In this document: positions 53,060-63,736 of the stretch, in pieces
Layout of the letters: each line of letters opens with the position of its first letter
Numbering within the stretch: the first letter of the stretch is position 1
Virus record (IMG/VR): IMGVR_UViG_3300021960_006627
Span: 15,804 to 79,803 of that record
From: a virus
DNA: 64,000 bases
Direction: 5' to 3' (one strand)
The notes under the pieces: model-generated
What the model saw: only the letters and a program-made list of their open reading frames with translations
Database searches by the model: none
What the model was told of the DNA's origin: nothing
Made by a program: the position numbers and the translations under genes

Positions 53060-55969
53060 TTACGCTCCCGTTCCAGCATTTAATGTTTTGATCAACGTGG
53101 CCAATCTATCCAGCGCCTCGCCTACGGTCGTCGGAGGAGTTCCATTCCAATCACTAGGTGTAGTTGGATAGTATGCTAGACTACCATCTATACCATTAAT
53201 AATAACTGTGGAATCATCAGCAAACACCGATCCAACTAAATTACCTCTAATGCTTTCTGATTCAATCGGACCGACTATCTTACCTGCAACAGCATCAACT
53301 AACACTGTGGAATCATCAGCAAACAATGAACCAGTCATGTCGCCTGTGTGGTAACCTGTGGTATTACCCGTAACACCACCTGATGCTACAATATTTCTAT
53401 TTGCATTAATTGTGTATCCAACACCTGCTGTAAGATCTAAATCTCCCGTAGCAACAATTTGTATTGCACCAGTTGCTGTATCAACAACGTATCCTGATGC
53501 ACCTGCTAGTGCTGGATTGTCTTGTGCTGGTGTGTTGCCGTCTTGGAATATGCTTCTAATTGTTGCAAGTGATGGTTTGCTAATAACCGGAGCAATGTAT
53601 GTGTTATGGAATGCATAACCTAATGGGTTATTTGCTAGAATGCCTGCTTGGGTACGCATATCATCTGTCCACTCTGGAGCAAGACTTCCACCGTCCCATA
53701 ATTCTGTGTATTCAAACATACAGAAGTTTAATAGATACAAGTATTCTTTTGCGGCTACTTCAAATGCATCAGGATCGGTTTTGAAAGCACCCGGACTTGG
53801 CTCGTAGCCTGATGGATCCCACTTGCCGGCATCGTATGCCTCTACCATTGCATTGTACAAATCACTGGTGTCCCAATCAGCGGCTAAGAACTCATATAAT
53901 TTTATGTCATCTGCAGGTAAACCGTGCATGTGTAGCGTATGGAATACGTGTTCAATTACTTCTTGTGCATCTGTATCTCCAACACCATATCCAGCACCTG
54001 TCGAATTCAAATACCACACCATATCGTTTTGAACAGTATTATCAAACAAGTCTGTTAGATTCCAATATATAATACCTTCGTCAGTTAAGAAGTTTGTGGA
54101 GTAATCTGCACCAGCACCTCTTGCCACTCTTTGTATGGTTGGAAGTCCTTCGTGATATGTTCCTGTGTCACCACTTAGTGTTTTAATTAACGCTCTTTGA
54201 TATTCTTGGTTAATACCTTCGCCAGTTGGATCTGTAAACAATTCAAACATGCGACCAACTTTTTCTAACCAAGCATCTGGTACTGCTGTTTGTCCACCTA
54301 CGGTTCCAGCACCCATAATTCTTACACCGTTGGTTGTAACTTCACGCTTGAAGAAATCACTGCCATCGCCAACAACATTAATAATTGGGCCATTGTTGTA
54401 TTCTGGATCTAATGTGCCACCATTTTCAATAGTTAGAAAACCGTTATATCCAGCCGTCCAAGTTTGATTTTTAAGTGTTCCGTAAAAGTCACCGTATATC
54501 TCACCTTCAACAGCATCAACAAGTTTCGTTGAATCATCACCAAATATTGAACCCTTGACATCGCCAGTGTGATAACCTGTTGTGTCTCCGGTTACATTTC
54601 CTAGGACATTGCCTGTTAAATTACCCGTAACATTTCCCGTAACATTTCCTGTTAGGTCGGTAAAGAAACCTGCGGAAGCATAAATTTTATTTTCGACAGC
54701 ATCAACCATAATGGATGAGTCATCTGCAAACACACTACCTGAAATATCAATGTTCTGATCCAGTGTAATTGTTAGTGTATCAGTTGCTGGTGTGGTTGTT
54801 AGGATTATACCATAACCCTCTGTCATTGTCAGGGTGTCTGATGTATTATCAGCCTGTATTGCATCGACAATAGGATCAGTACCACTTACGAAGAATTTTT
54901 GGAATGTATTAACAGCAGGAGCACTGTTGGATACCGTTGCAATACCCGTTACCGGATCTGCGGAAACCGTAATACCAAAACCTGCCTGCACTTCAATAAC
55001 ACCGGTGTTTGTAAGTGTAAGAGTGCCCGTGCTACCACTTGTAATTATTCCCGTGCCTGCTGCCCTACCTGTTGCTATTGCAGGTAATACAGTACCGTTT
55101 GCTACGCTTAATACACCGTTGTTGGTTACTGTAATGCTTCCTGTTGTTGCACTAACACTTATTCCCGAACCACTGTTTAATTCTGTTACACCATCATTAA
55201 TAAATGTTATGCTATCAGCATCGGAACCTGCGACCAACTGCATACCTGTGCCTGCATAGAATGAAAGTGTATCATTAGTATGATCAGCCTCAACAGTATC
55301 ACCGTCGTCAAGATTAATATAACGGAAGTATCTCTTTTCAGGATCGATGATCAAGTCACCATTTATGGTAGAACCAAATGGTAAATCAACAACACCACCT
55401 GATCCTTTTATTTGTGCAGAACCTAGCCATAATCCATTATTTTCATTTCCAGGTACTGCTGAATGTTCGCCTGCATAAACTGCTTTCCAGGGTTTAGTAA
55501 TACTTCCTAAATTTAGTGTTGCTACTGAGTTTGGAGATACATTCGAATTTAAGTTTTCAAAATCAATACCAGCATACTCTGAAAAACCTTGTATCTTACC
55601 GCCGCCTGAAGAATATGCATCATAAGTTGTTCCATCCACACTAGTTGTTAGATCTTCATCCGAATATAATAATACTTCCGTATCACTTTCATATCTTACA
55701 TAATAATCATTGTTATCCAGTTGTGTAACACCTGTATTAAAAATGAATACCTGTTGGTTATCTACTAAGTCATGAACTTCGGTTGTAACTATTCTTACTG
55801 GATTACTTTCAGCAGTTCCTGATTCAATGTGTGCGATATCTAATTCTCTTTCGCGTGCAAGATTAGCACCAATGATTGTAAAGTTCTCATTTACTTTATC
55901 AAAGGCTTCCTTGATTCTGCTCCACACTAGTGGTGGATTACCTGGATTTATATTATTATCGTATGCCAT
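53060..55969 (-). CDS. tail fibre with repeats and an inserted globular domain
   Basis: GNVT repeats; four GS[VIL]F[AG]DDS repeats; insert containing EVIEHVFHTLH. Confidence 0.7.
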   Translation of the reverse strand: MAYDNNINPGNPPLVWSRIKEAFDKVNENFTIIGANLARERELDIAHIESGTAESNPVRIVTTEVHDLVDNQQVFIFNTGVTQLDNNDYYVRYESDTEVLLYSDEDLTTSVDGTTYDAYSSGGGKIQGFSEYAGIDFENLNSNVSPNSVATLNLGSITKPWKAVYAGEHSAVPGNENNGLWLGSAQIKGSGGVVDLPFGSTINGDLIIDPEKRYFRYINLDDGDTVEADHTNDTLSFYAGTGMQLVAGSDADSITFINDGVTELNSGSGISVSATTGSITVTNNGVLSVANGTVLPAIATGRAAGTGIITSGSTGTLTLTNTGVIEVQAGFGITVSADPVTGIATVSNSAPAVNTFQKFFVSGTDPIVDAIQADNTSDTLTMTEGYGIILTTTPATDTLTITLDQNIDISGSVFADDSSIMVDAVENKIYASAGFFTDLTGNVTGNVTGNLTGNVLGNVTGDTTGYHTGDVKGSIFGDDSTKLVDAVEGEIYGDFYGTLKNQTWTAGYNGFLTIENGGTLDPEYNNGPIINVVGDGSDFFKREVTTNGVRIMGAGTVGGQTAVPDAWLEKVGRMFELFTDPTGEGINQEYQRALIKTLSGDTGTYHEGLPTIQRVARGAGADYSTNFLTDEGIIYWNLTDLFDNTVQNDMVWYLNSTGAGYGVGDTDAQEVIEHVFHTLHMHGLPADDIKLYEFLAADWDTSDLYNAMVEAYDAGKWDPSGYEPSPGAFKTDPDAFEVAAKEYLYLLNFCMFEYTELWDGGSLAPEWTDDMRTQAGILANNPLGYAFHNTYIAPVISKPSLATIRSIFQDGNTPAQDNPALAGASGYVVDTATGAIQIVATGDLDLTAGVGYTINANRNIVASGGVTGNTTGYHTGDMTGSLFADDSTVLVDAVAGKIVGPIESESIRGNLVGSVFADDSTVIINGIDGSLAYYPTTPSDWNGTPPTTVGEALDRLATLIKTLNAGTGA

Positions 55970-58900
55970 TATGATCTACCCACCGCTATTTCAATTGTTC
56001 CAATATGATCACTATCGTAATCCTCGATGGCCTTACCAACTATTGTTCCTACCTTAGGATCATTAGTTGCAGTTGCTACACCGTGTATTCCTGCATTAAC
56101 TAATATGTCACCTTTTTTGATCTTTCCAACTACCTTACATGGAACCCTACCTGTAAGTGCAACAAGATTTTTTAACCCTGGACATGCACTATACATTACG
56201 TAAGCAGCAGTGTTAGATACAACACCTGCCACCCTTGTATCGCCTTGCTTGTTTGAAGTTGTGACTTCCTTGTCACCACCAAATACTAACACAGTCCCGA
56301 CTTCGTATTCCTTGTCACCCTCGTAGTATTCTGCAACGTCCGCTGAGTATGTTGCCTCAAATCTTGATTCATTTGGAGAACTGCCTGTTAATGTCCATCT
56401 ACCTGTTACAGTTCCTGCTGTGGTATTACCACCTGTTGATAATGCAAGTGTTGTTACCTGACTTGCTGTTATAGGAGCGTCATTTAATCCGTCCTGTGTT
56501 TTAAATTCATGCAGGTCGTTCCAATAACTATTTTTCTTATCTGATGCAAGAGTACCGTCTTGTAGGTAGATACCACCATTAGTTCCATATGTATGTAATC
56601 TTATAAATCCACTTGAACCACCTAACGATCCTGTATCTAGTGCTTCAATTCCATCTATTTCTAAAGATTGTAGATCACCAATTCTTGCTGCAAAGTCACC
56701 ATTGCTATCACGCTGAATTAATTTATTATTGTCACTTGCTCCGCCATATGCAGCACTGGCTTCAATTACGGTGTAATCTCCATCTGCTGAACTGCTTCCT
56801 GCATTAACTCTTCTTAATAATCCTGTGCTTGAATACTGTGATTTCTTGATTGATCCACCTTGATCAACCACTGTTGTAAATGCAATATCAACGGCATCGT
56901 CTGTTGATAATTGATTGTTACCCAATACACTCTTGGTAGCAATCTGTGCAAGTGCGGTCTTAGGTACTCCGTTGTTCTTAAGTGTTACCCAACCATTACT
57001 TACAACAAACTGTGCGTTATCAAAACTTGACAATCCACTTGCGGCTTGAATAACAGCAGCAGTTCCTGTTGGAGCGAGGGCACTTGCTACTGCAAGTTCC
57101 ATATCCAATTTGCTTTGTTCTATTCCAGCAGTGCTGTTAATATCAGCATTTACAATTACATCTGGACTTATGGATGTGGTAACTGTGTTTGCCGTAGAAT
57201 CTATATCTAAAACAACATCGCCTTGAACTTCTGCGTTAATTGCATTGTTGCCATCACCTGTGAAGATCATGATGTCATTTGCTTTTAGATTAGTAAATGT
57301 GAATTCCTGTAGGTTTGCGTAGGTCAAACTTCTTAGATTGACAGCGTCGGTAGGATCAGTAGGATTGGCAAGATCTACGATTTTGTTGCTTCCTAGATCC
57401 ATGTCCGCTTTCATCTGTAACTGTCCATCCAGCGCCATGTAACCACCACTAATTGGTGGTATTAAATTAGCCTGTGGTATTATTGATCCACTGTGTGAAA
57501 TACCCAATCTTCTTTCAATGTAAAGTCGAGTTGCGTTTTCAGTCGGTACTGTATCAACAGCGTTATCAGTCATACCTGAGTCTGTTGAGAATTCAGCAAT
57601 AGGAACACCACGCTTAAATCCAATACCGTCCAAGTTACTCAACGCAATCGCAGCAGAGAATGTAACCTGTCCAGTTCCCTGATCAACGCTAAAGTAAGGT
57701 CCTACTCTAAAATTACCAAATTGGTCCGTGGTTACATAGAACACACGCCCCACTGACCTTTCATCTGTTTCAGTGTCCTGATTGATAGCATTTACTGGAG
57801 GACCAAATATTTCGTTAGGATAGTTAGTATCAGCATATGAACCAGTACCAATGTCAAGTAAATCATGTGATGTAACTCTGGTCAATGAAATTCTAATTGT
57901 AAGATCACCTTCTGCACCAACAGTTCTAATTGGTACCGCTGATCTTATGGTATAGGTAGCCTGATAATCTACTAAACCATCCACTAATGGTCTATCTATG
58001 GTAATTCTTGCAAAAGGCTCACTTAGTGCTTCTTCAGAAGCATATGTATCAATGGTGTATTCTTCACCGTTAAAAACAAATCGACTACCAGGAACTCTTG
58101 AACGCTCCTGTGGTGCAACCGGAACAACAGCAAATGTATCATCACCCGCTCTACCAGTTACCAAACCAAAACTATGTGTGCCTGATTGTATTCCTGAAGT
58201 TTCCAGCTCTATTGATGAAGCAAGTGCAGGTGGTTGAATGCTAACTGTAAATTGAACCGAACTAGCACCAAGTGCGTCTGCATCGTTATCATAAACAAAA
58301 TAATGACTATTTTCATTTAAACCCGTAGGAAGTGTTCCCGTAGTTTCTATTCTAATTACATCACCAACTGACAATCCATGTGGTGTTGAAGTAGTAAATA
58401 CTCCCGGGTTGGCTACTGATATTGATGAAAGTGTTGTTGCACCAGTTACATATTCACCTGGCTTGTAAAGTGTTAAATCAACATAGTTATAGTTTTCTCT
58501 AAGAGTTGTTTTGGCCAAACCTTCTACGGCCATTAACTGTGTGCCGGTTCCTGGTGCGGTTACTTGTTCAGGCACTGCCGTAGGAGCAGTTCCAATTTCA
58601 AAATCAAATTCGGCTAAGTTTTCTTCTAGAACATAATAAACTTCTGCTTCAGTAATTCCTGTAGGCAATGCTCCGCCACTGTTTTCAAAGGACAGTAGAT
58701 AGTTTCTTTGTTGCTTGTGTGGTATGGTAGCCTTGAGTGTAAGGCTAGTTCCATTCGTTAATGTTACTGCACTTCCGCCTAATGTAGTGGATAATTTTAA
58801 TTCATTGTAATTAGGAACGTCTATCACATAATAGGTTGTTCCAGCAGTTAATCCGTTGGAAGTAGTTTTAGGTTTAAATTTATCATCCACTCTCAGCGTA

Positions 58901-61900
58901 TGAGGCTGTGAAGTAGTTATAGTATCCGTACCAGTAATATCTGTTATGGTTACAAGGAACGATACTTTTGTTGGGTTGGCAGTTGTAAATTCAACTTCAA
59001 ACTGTCCTCTCGTATCCGTAAAATCTTCAAACTGTAACACACGATATACATCGGATGATTCATCCAGTCTTAAACCTGTTGATGGTCTAGTTGCAACTTC
59101 AACAATATCACCAGTTAAGATAATTTGCGAATTGGAACGCAATGACATCTTTGTGTCATTAGGTATTTGATCGAACAAGCCGTCAAAGTTTCCTGTTTCA
59201 TCTGACGTTAGGTTAAGTCTTGCCACTCCTGGAGGTAGATCCTGTGTTGTAACAGATGTTACAGGATATCTAAATATTAAATTGCCGTGATCAACTTCAA
59301 GTTCTGAATTGTTTAGCGGAGTATAATCATAGTTATAAACATATAAGAACAATCCTTCGGCAGCGTTAGCATAAGTGGCGCTTGGAAAATAACAATCAAC
59401 ACGCTGTGCCAAATCATAGTACATTGTTACAGGAGTAGGAACCTCTAATGGATCACTTCCTTCTGCAACTAGAGCATAGATACCGTGTGCAGATGAGCCG
59501 CCAACTGAACGTATTTGCGCACCATTCGCTGACATGTATGAAGCGTAACAATAATATGTGAACATTGATACTGCTTCTGTCAATCCACCGTTGGTAGCCA
59601 ATAGGCCGTAACCCATGTCAGCAACCTGCGTAAAGTCATTTGAAAGCATTGATCTATTACCAGGCATCAATACTTCATAATTCCTTTGGAAACTGTGTGT
59701 TCCACTTCCTGAACTTATAGTTGCAATTAATGACGTACTACCAAGTGTATCCGTAATTCTAAAGGTGTTGTTGGTTAAACCACTGGTAGCAACATAATAT
59801 TCTTGTCCTGCTACCAATGGTGATGGCAGCGTTCCTGTGGTTGTGAATTTAATTATTGCTCCAGCCTGTAATCTATGATCAGAAAGTGTGAATACTGCTG
59901 GAGTCCCCACGCTTATTGATGTAAGCGTCTTACTTCCTGGTGCTCTGGTAAATGGTGTTGTTTCGTCAAGAACGAATGTCGCTGTTGATCCTGCTGGGTC
60001 GTAAACAAAATCTCTAACGTAGTTGACTCTATAAACCGCATCATCAACAATAAAGGAAGCCGGAAGATTGGGTGTTCTCTCCAATCCACCAACTGTAATT
60101 CGAGTATTGCCTGTACCGGATATAGTTGTTTCATGTGTAAATTGTAGGTTACCAGAGAAGCCATCAACAAACATACCACCAGCAAATGTTTGTGCATTTA
60201 TTGATTTACTAAATGATGCTGATTCTTGACAGTATGGTGATTTAGCAAGTATCTGTCCAGTTGGGTCAAGCACCATCATGAATCCACCATGTCCCTGACA
60301 TGTTACAGCACGAATGATATCTGCATCATTCATCAAGAAAACATCTAGTTGATCATTTTCTTTAGGTAAGTTTGCAACGCCACTTGCACTCATTACATTT
60401 TTCAATGCGCTCACGAGTGCAGTTGTTACTGAGGTAGTACCTGATTCAGCCACATAAGCATTATCAATTATCTGCGGATTGGTTGAAGAACTGGAAACTT
60501 GGTCTAATATTGTTGTGTTGGTAACAGCAGCATTAATCAGATACAATGCTCTATCAATTCCTGCTAGAGTTTCACTCAGTTGGTCAGTGATTGCTTTTCG
60601 GCCACTTGCACTTTGAAAATATTTTAGTCCTGCAGATATTGTTCTATTATACTCGCCGTACTTGAGATCAAAAACAATGGCGTCTAATATTAATCCTACA
60701 TCTCTTTTACAAGTAGCACTGTTGTATGTAAATGATATATCAAATGGTGCCGTGTTTGTTGCAATTTGTTGATCAATCCAAGCAATCGTTTCATTCTGAA
60801 TGAATGATTTGTTCAAACGAATAAGTTCTGCTGCTGATTTATATCCGCCACCGTTATCAATTTTAGTATATACAGGCTGTGATGTATCAGATAGATAGTG
60901 ATAACCGTACAGTCTATCAGTCACCGTTAATCCATCGATGACAGGGTCTCTTCTAAATTTTGAAAAAGCCCACGGAGAACTAGATGTTCCTGGTCTTGGT
61001 TTTATAATTACACGCCTAAATTCATTACCAATTATGGCAACATTCTGAGGAATCTTAATTGGATAGTTCTCTTCGTATATTCCACTCTCAACGAATATAG
61101 AAATCTGTATCTGTTTGGTAATATCACCGTATGATATTGGTTCGCCAATTTCAAAGGCACCATACTTGATATCTATATCAAAAATTTCTCTACCTTCTGA
61201 ATCCAAAGCACCTGTGTGTGCTAGTATCTGCGCAAGGGCACCGGAAGTCTCACCTCTTAGATATAACCCTTCTCTCAAGTCTCTTGTTCTAAATGCAACA
61301 GGGGTGTCAGTTAATACGTCTCCAGTAAAGTCTGTTCGCTGACCAGCAGTTTCTAAAAGGAACCTAGGTAGATCAACAGTGACTGAAGGTATAATAGTAA
61401 ACCCGCTTCCTGCATCTGTTACTTCTATTCCAGTTATAGTTCCTGCGGATACAGTTGCAATACCAAATGCACCTTGTGCTGAAGTATCTGCTGCATCAGG
61501 AGTAATTCTAACTGACACCAAACTATATCCGGAACCTGGATTAGTTATTGTAACGTTATTAACTTTATATGTAATATTGAAAGTCGCACCACCACCAAAC
61601 GCACTATCGGTTACGGAACTAACACCCGTAATTCCTGGCAGCACACTAAAATTACCAGATGACAGTTGTTTAAATGTTGCGATTGGTCCTGGATCAGTAT
61701 TTCTTAAACTTAGAACTTCATAGCGTGCATTGTTAGCACTACCAAACGTGCTACCAATTTCAAGAATATCACCTATCTTATAGTTTGATCCTGGTGCATT
61801 AATTTCAATTGTATCGATACTCATCGTTGCAACACCAGCAAAACCTATACCGCTATCTGGTGAAGTATCAATAGCGTCAAGAGTTACTATGTTGTTACCG

Positions 61901-62706
61901 TTATTGTATGTTAATAATTTTTTATAAGGACCTATATCATTAATTGAATCTAAAACTATTTCTTCTGCTCTCTTACAAGCGGCTTCGATAGTTTTATAAG
62001 CATAAGCAAGTGCTCTACCCTGTAGAGCAGGACTTACTCCTGGCCTTTCATCTGATCCTGAAGTTGCAACATATAAATTAACGCTACTACCAAATGATGC
62101 ACCATCCACATAACTTTTTGTTGCAGCAATTAATCCATTGTAGATTACGTCATCTTCTGGTTCTGGGGATCTAGATAATACTAAAGGACCAGTCATGGTT
62201 CCAAATGCACTATTTGGATTTCCTGTTTCAGGGTCGATGGCATTTACACCACCTCTAGAAATTTTAGTATCTACGTATTCTTTGTTTGCTGCTTGAGTGG
62301 GATCGACTGGAGTGTCCATGTCGAGAATTTTGTATGTATTACCACCCGATTTAACAGATAGGTTTCCGCCTAATTGTGGAGTGGTATCACCCGAAATTTC
62401 AGAAAATTCTGTTGATATAATGATCTGATTGGCATTACTTATTGTATCTACATTAACACCTACACCAGCAGTAATTTGTTTAAATTTAACACCGTCTGTA
62501 GTTTCATTGACTGTAACAACTGCACCTTCATTTCCTAAGAATGTTGCAGGAGTATCGTCCAGCCCGATGAATGTTAATCTTTCGCCTAAGCCTAGCGAAC
62601 TGTATAGTTCTTTAAAGTTATCATTAACTTTACTAAACGAATCTCTAATACTATCGCCGGTTCCGTCATTGCCAACTACACCGGTATCAATAACTTTTCT
62701 TGCCAT
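55969..62706 (-). CDS. giant tail fibre/spike (2245 aa) with C-terminal intramolecular-chaperone-like domain
   Basis: NDGTGDSIRDSFSKVNDNF N-terminus; AANKEYVD fibre motifs; C-terminal ADVAEYY...GVVS...VALTGRVPCKV..GDIL (peptidase G2/IMC-like). Confidence 0.75.
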   Translation of the reverse strand: MARKVIDTGVVGNDGTGDSIRDSFSKVNDNFKELYSSLGLGERLTFIGLDDTPATFLGNEGAVVTVNETTDGVKFKQITAGVGVNVDTISNANQIIISTEFSEISGDTTPQLGGNLSVKSGGNTYKILDMDTPVDPTQAANKEYVDTKISRGGVNAIDPETGNPNSAFGTMTGPLVLSRSPEPEDDVIYNGLIAATKSYVDGASFGSSVNLYVATSGSDERPGVSPALQGRALAYAYKTIEAACKRAEEIVLDSINDIGPYKKLLTYNNGNNIVTLDAIDTSPDSGIGFAGVATMSIDTIEINAPGSNYKIGDILEIGSTFGSANNARYEVLSLRNTDPGPIATFKQLSSGNFSVLPGITGVSSVTDSAFGGGATFNITYKVNNVTITNPGSGYSLVSVRITPDAADTSAQGAFGIATVSAGTITGIEVTDAGSGFTIIPSVTVDLPRFLLETAGQRTDFTGDVLTDTPVAFRTRDLREGLYLRGETSGALAQILAHTGALDSEGREIFDIDIKYGAFEIGEPISYGDITKQIQISIFVESGIYEENYPIKIPQNVAIIGNEFRRVIIKPRPGTSSSPWAFSKFRRDPVIDGLTVTDRLYGYHYLSDTSQPVYTKIDNGGGYKSAAELIRLNKSFIQNETIAWIDQQIATNTAPFDISFTYNSATCKRDVGLILDAIVFDLKYGEYNRTISAGLKYFQSASGRKAITDQLSETLAGIDRALYLINAAVTNTTILDQVSSSSTNPQIIDNAYVAESGTTSVTTALVSALKNVMSASGVANLPKENDQLDVFLMNDADIIRAVTCQGHGGFMMVLDPTGQILAKSPYCQESASFSKSINAQTFAGGMFVDGFSGNLQFTHETTISGTGNTRITVGGLERTPNLPASFIVDDAVYRVNYVRDFVYDPAGSTATFVLDETTPFTRAPGSKTLTSISVGTPAVFTLSDHRLQAGAIIKFTTTGTLPSPLVAGQEYYVATSGLTNNTFRITDTLGSTSLIATISSGSGTHSFQRNYEVLMPGNRSMLSNDFTQVADMGYGLLATNGGLTEAVSMFTYYCYASYMSANGAQIRSVGGSSAHGIYALVAEGSDPLEVPTPVTMYYDLAQRVDCYFPSATYANAAEGLFLYVYNYDYTPLNNSELEVDHGNLIFRYPVTSVTTQDLPPGVARLNLTSDETGNFDGLFDQIPNDTKMSLRSNSQIILTGDIVEVATRPSTGLRLDESSDVYRVLQFEDFTDTRGQFEVEFTTANPTKVSFLVTITDITGTDTITTSQPHTLRVDDKFKPKTTSNGLTAGTTYYVIDVPNYNELKLSTTLGGSAVTLTNGTSLTLKATIPHKQQRNYLLSFENSGGALPTGITEAEVYYVLEENLAEFDFEIGTAPTAVPEQVTAPGTGTQLMAVEGLAKTTLRENYNYVDLTLYKPGEYVTGATTLSSISVANPGVFTTSTPHGLSVGDVIRIETTGTLPTGLNENSHYFVYDNDADALGASSVQFTVSIQPPALASSIELETSGIQSGTHSFGLVTGRAGDDTFAVVPVAPQERSRVPGSRFVFNGEEYTIDTYASEEALSEPFARITIDRPLVDGLVDYQATYTIRSAVPIRTVGAEGDLTIRISLTRVTSHDLLDIGTGSYADTNYPNEIFGPPVNAINQDTETDERSVGRVFYVTTDQFGNFRVGPYFSVDQGTGQVTFSAAIALSNLDGIGFKRGVPIAEFSTDSGMTDNAVDTVPTENATRLYIERRLGISHSGSIIPQANLIPPISGGYMALDGQLQMKADMDLGSNKIVDLANPTDPTDAVNLRSLTYANLQEFTFTNLKANDIMIFTGDGNNAINAEVQGDVVLDIDSTANTVTTSISPDVIVNADINSTAGIEQSKLDMELAVASALAPTGTAAVIQAASGLSSFDNAQFVVSNGWVTLKNNGVPKTALAQIATKSVLGNNQLSTDDAVDIAFTTVVDQGGSIKKSQYSSTGLLRRVNAGSSSADGDYTVIEASAAYGGASDNNKLIQRDSNGDFAARIGDLQSLEIDGIEALDTGSLGGSSGFIRLHTYGTNGGIYLQDGTLASDKKNSYWNDLHEFKTQDGLNDAPITASQVTTLALSTGGNTTAGTVTGRWTLTGSSPNESRFEATYSADVAEYYEGDKEYEVGTVLVFGGDKEVTTSNKQGDTRVAGVVSNTAAYVMYSACPGLKNLVALTGRVPCKVVGKIKKGDILVNAGIHGVATATNDPKVGTIVGKAIEDYDSDHIGTIEIAVGRS

Positions 62707-62785
62707 CTTTTCCCCTGAAGGTCCTTTTTACCTAAGTATTTATCAATTCATTCTATAAGCCTAATGTAAAATAGTAAATATAACT

Positions 62786-63073
62786 ATGTTTTTAGGTACA
62801 GAACAAAAAATAACCGAACACACACGTAAGAGCAAGTTAGGTAAGGAACACAAGTATAAGCGTGTTAAAACCATAGCAAAACTCCAATGCGATAACTGTG
62901 ACAGTGTATTTACCAGGGATTTAAAAAAGATCAGCAGAGCCCGGCTGAATAACAATTATTTTCATGTGTGTTCGAATTGTGATGCAAAAAGATTTGCACA
63001 AAAGAAGGGTGTAGAACAGAAGCACATATGGGACATGCCTGTTAATTCTGATATTGAAATTTCTAAATATTAA
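62786..63073 (+). CDS. small Zn-binding hypothetical protein
   Basis: CDNC...CSNC; TAAATA 5 nt upstream. Confidence 0.65.
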   Translation: MFLGTEQKITEHTRKSKLGKEHKYKRVKTIAKLQCDNCDSVFTRDLKKISRARLNNNYFHVCSNCDAKRFAQKKGVEQKHIWDMPVNSDIEISKY

Positions 63074-63396
63074 ACTGAAAAACTTTCGCCGCAACCGCAA
63101 CTTGATGTGCTGTTGGGATTTTTAACCTGTAGGTAAGAACCAAACACTTCTTCAACATAGTCTATTTCAGTACCTATCACATATAGCATGCTGGCACTAT
63201 CTATTGCGAATTCACCGTTTGATAATTGTATTGTTTCGTCATCAAACTCCTTGGAGTCTGTCATTTTCCATTCGTATTGAAAGCCGGCACAGCCACCGCC
63301 CTTAACCTGAAGTCTGACGATAGGCTGGCCCTGCTTCTCAATAAGGCTTTCCATGTGCCTTCTAGCCGAATCTGTAAGATTGACTACGTCGGCCAT
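63070..63396 (-). CDS. iscA: A-type Fe-S carrier (IscA/HesB/ErpA)
   Basis: GGGCAGFQY, NPNSTSSCGCGESF. Confidence 0.92.
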   Translation of the reverse strand: MADVVNLTDSARRHMESLIEKQGQPIVRLQVKGGGCAGFQYEWKMTDSKEFDDETIQLSNGEFAIDSASMLYVIGTEIDYVEEVFGSYLQVKNPNSTSSCGCGESFSV

Positions 63397-63569
63397 TACT
63401 CGCTCTTCCAGATAGTCCAAGCGCCATATGCGATGGCTGCATATGCTAAAATTCCTGCAATAGGTTTAGCAATTAAAACAACTACTCCTAGTGCGATTAA
63501 TACTGCTCCGTCCCACGATGTTCTTTCTGTGAAACGCTTTGCTACCCATCCTTTGAATTTATCTAACAT
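63396..63569 (-). CDS. small membrane protein
   Basis: ERTSWDG plus two TM segments; AAGGAG SD. Confidence 0.65.
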   Translation of the reverse strand: MLDKFKGWVAKRFTERTSWDGAVLIALGVVVLIAKPIAGILAYAAIAYGAWTIWKSE

Positions 63570-63579
63570 AGTTTTCTCC

Positions 63580-63735
63580 TTATTTAGATTTGCGTGGTCT
63601 GCCACGTTTGGCAGGTGCTTTCTTGGCCGCGGGTTTCTTCTTTGCGGCCGGTTTATTTTTCACAACCATTTCCTCAGTAAGAACCAAAGGTTCCTTTTTG
63701 GAAGGCGCGAAAAAATTCTTTAACCAATTAAACAT
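63580..63735 (-). CDS. AT-hook / histone-H1-like microprotein (not in ORF track)
   Basis: MFNWLKNFF...KPAAKKKPAAKKAPAKRGRPRKSK, 51 aa, AAGGAG SD. Confidence 0.65.
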   Translation of the reverse strand: MFNWLKNFFAPSKKEPLVLTEEMVVKNKPAAKKKPAAKKAPAKRGRPRKSK

Positions 63736-63736
63736 A

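Noticed and set aside
54585-54655. 12-bp tandem repeats as possible CRISPR or VNTR
   Set aside because: In-frame coding repeats (GNVT) of the fibre; no spacers or cas genes
53060-62706. Possible diversity-generating retroelement target in the fibre genes
   Set aside because: No reverse transcriptase and no adenine-variable TR/VR pair seen in the window
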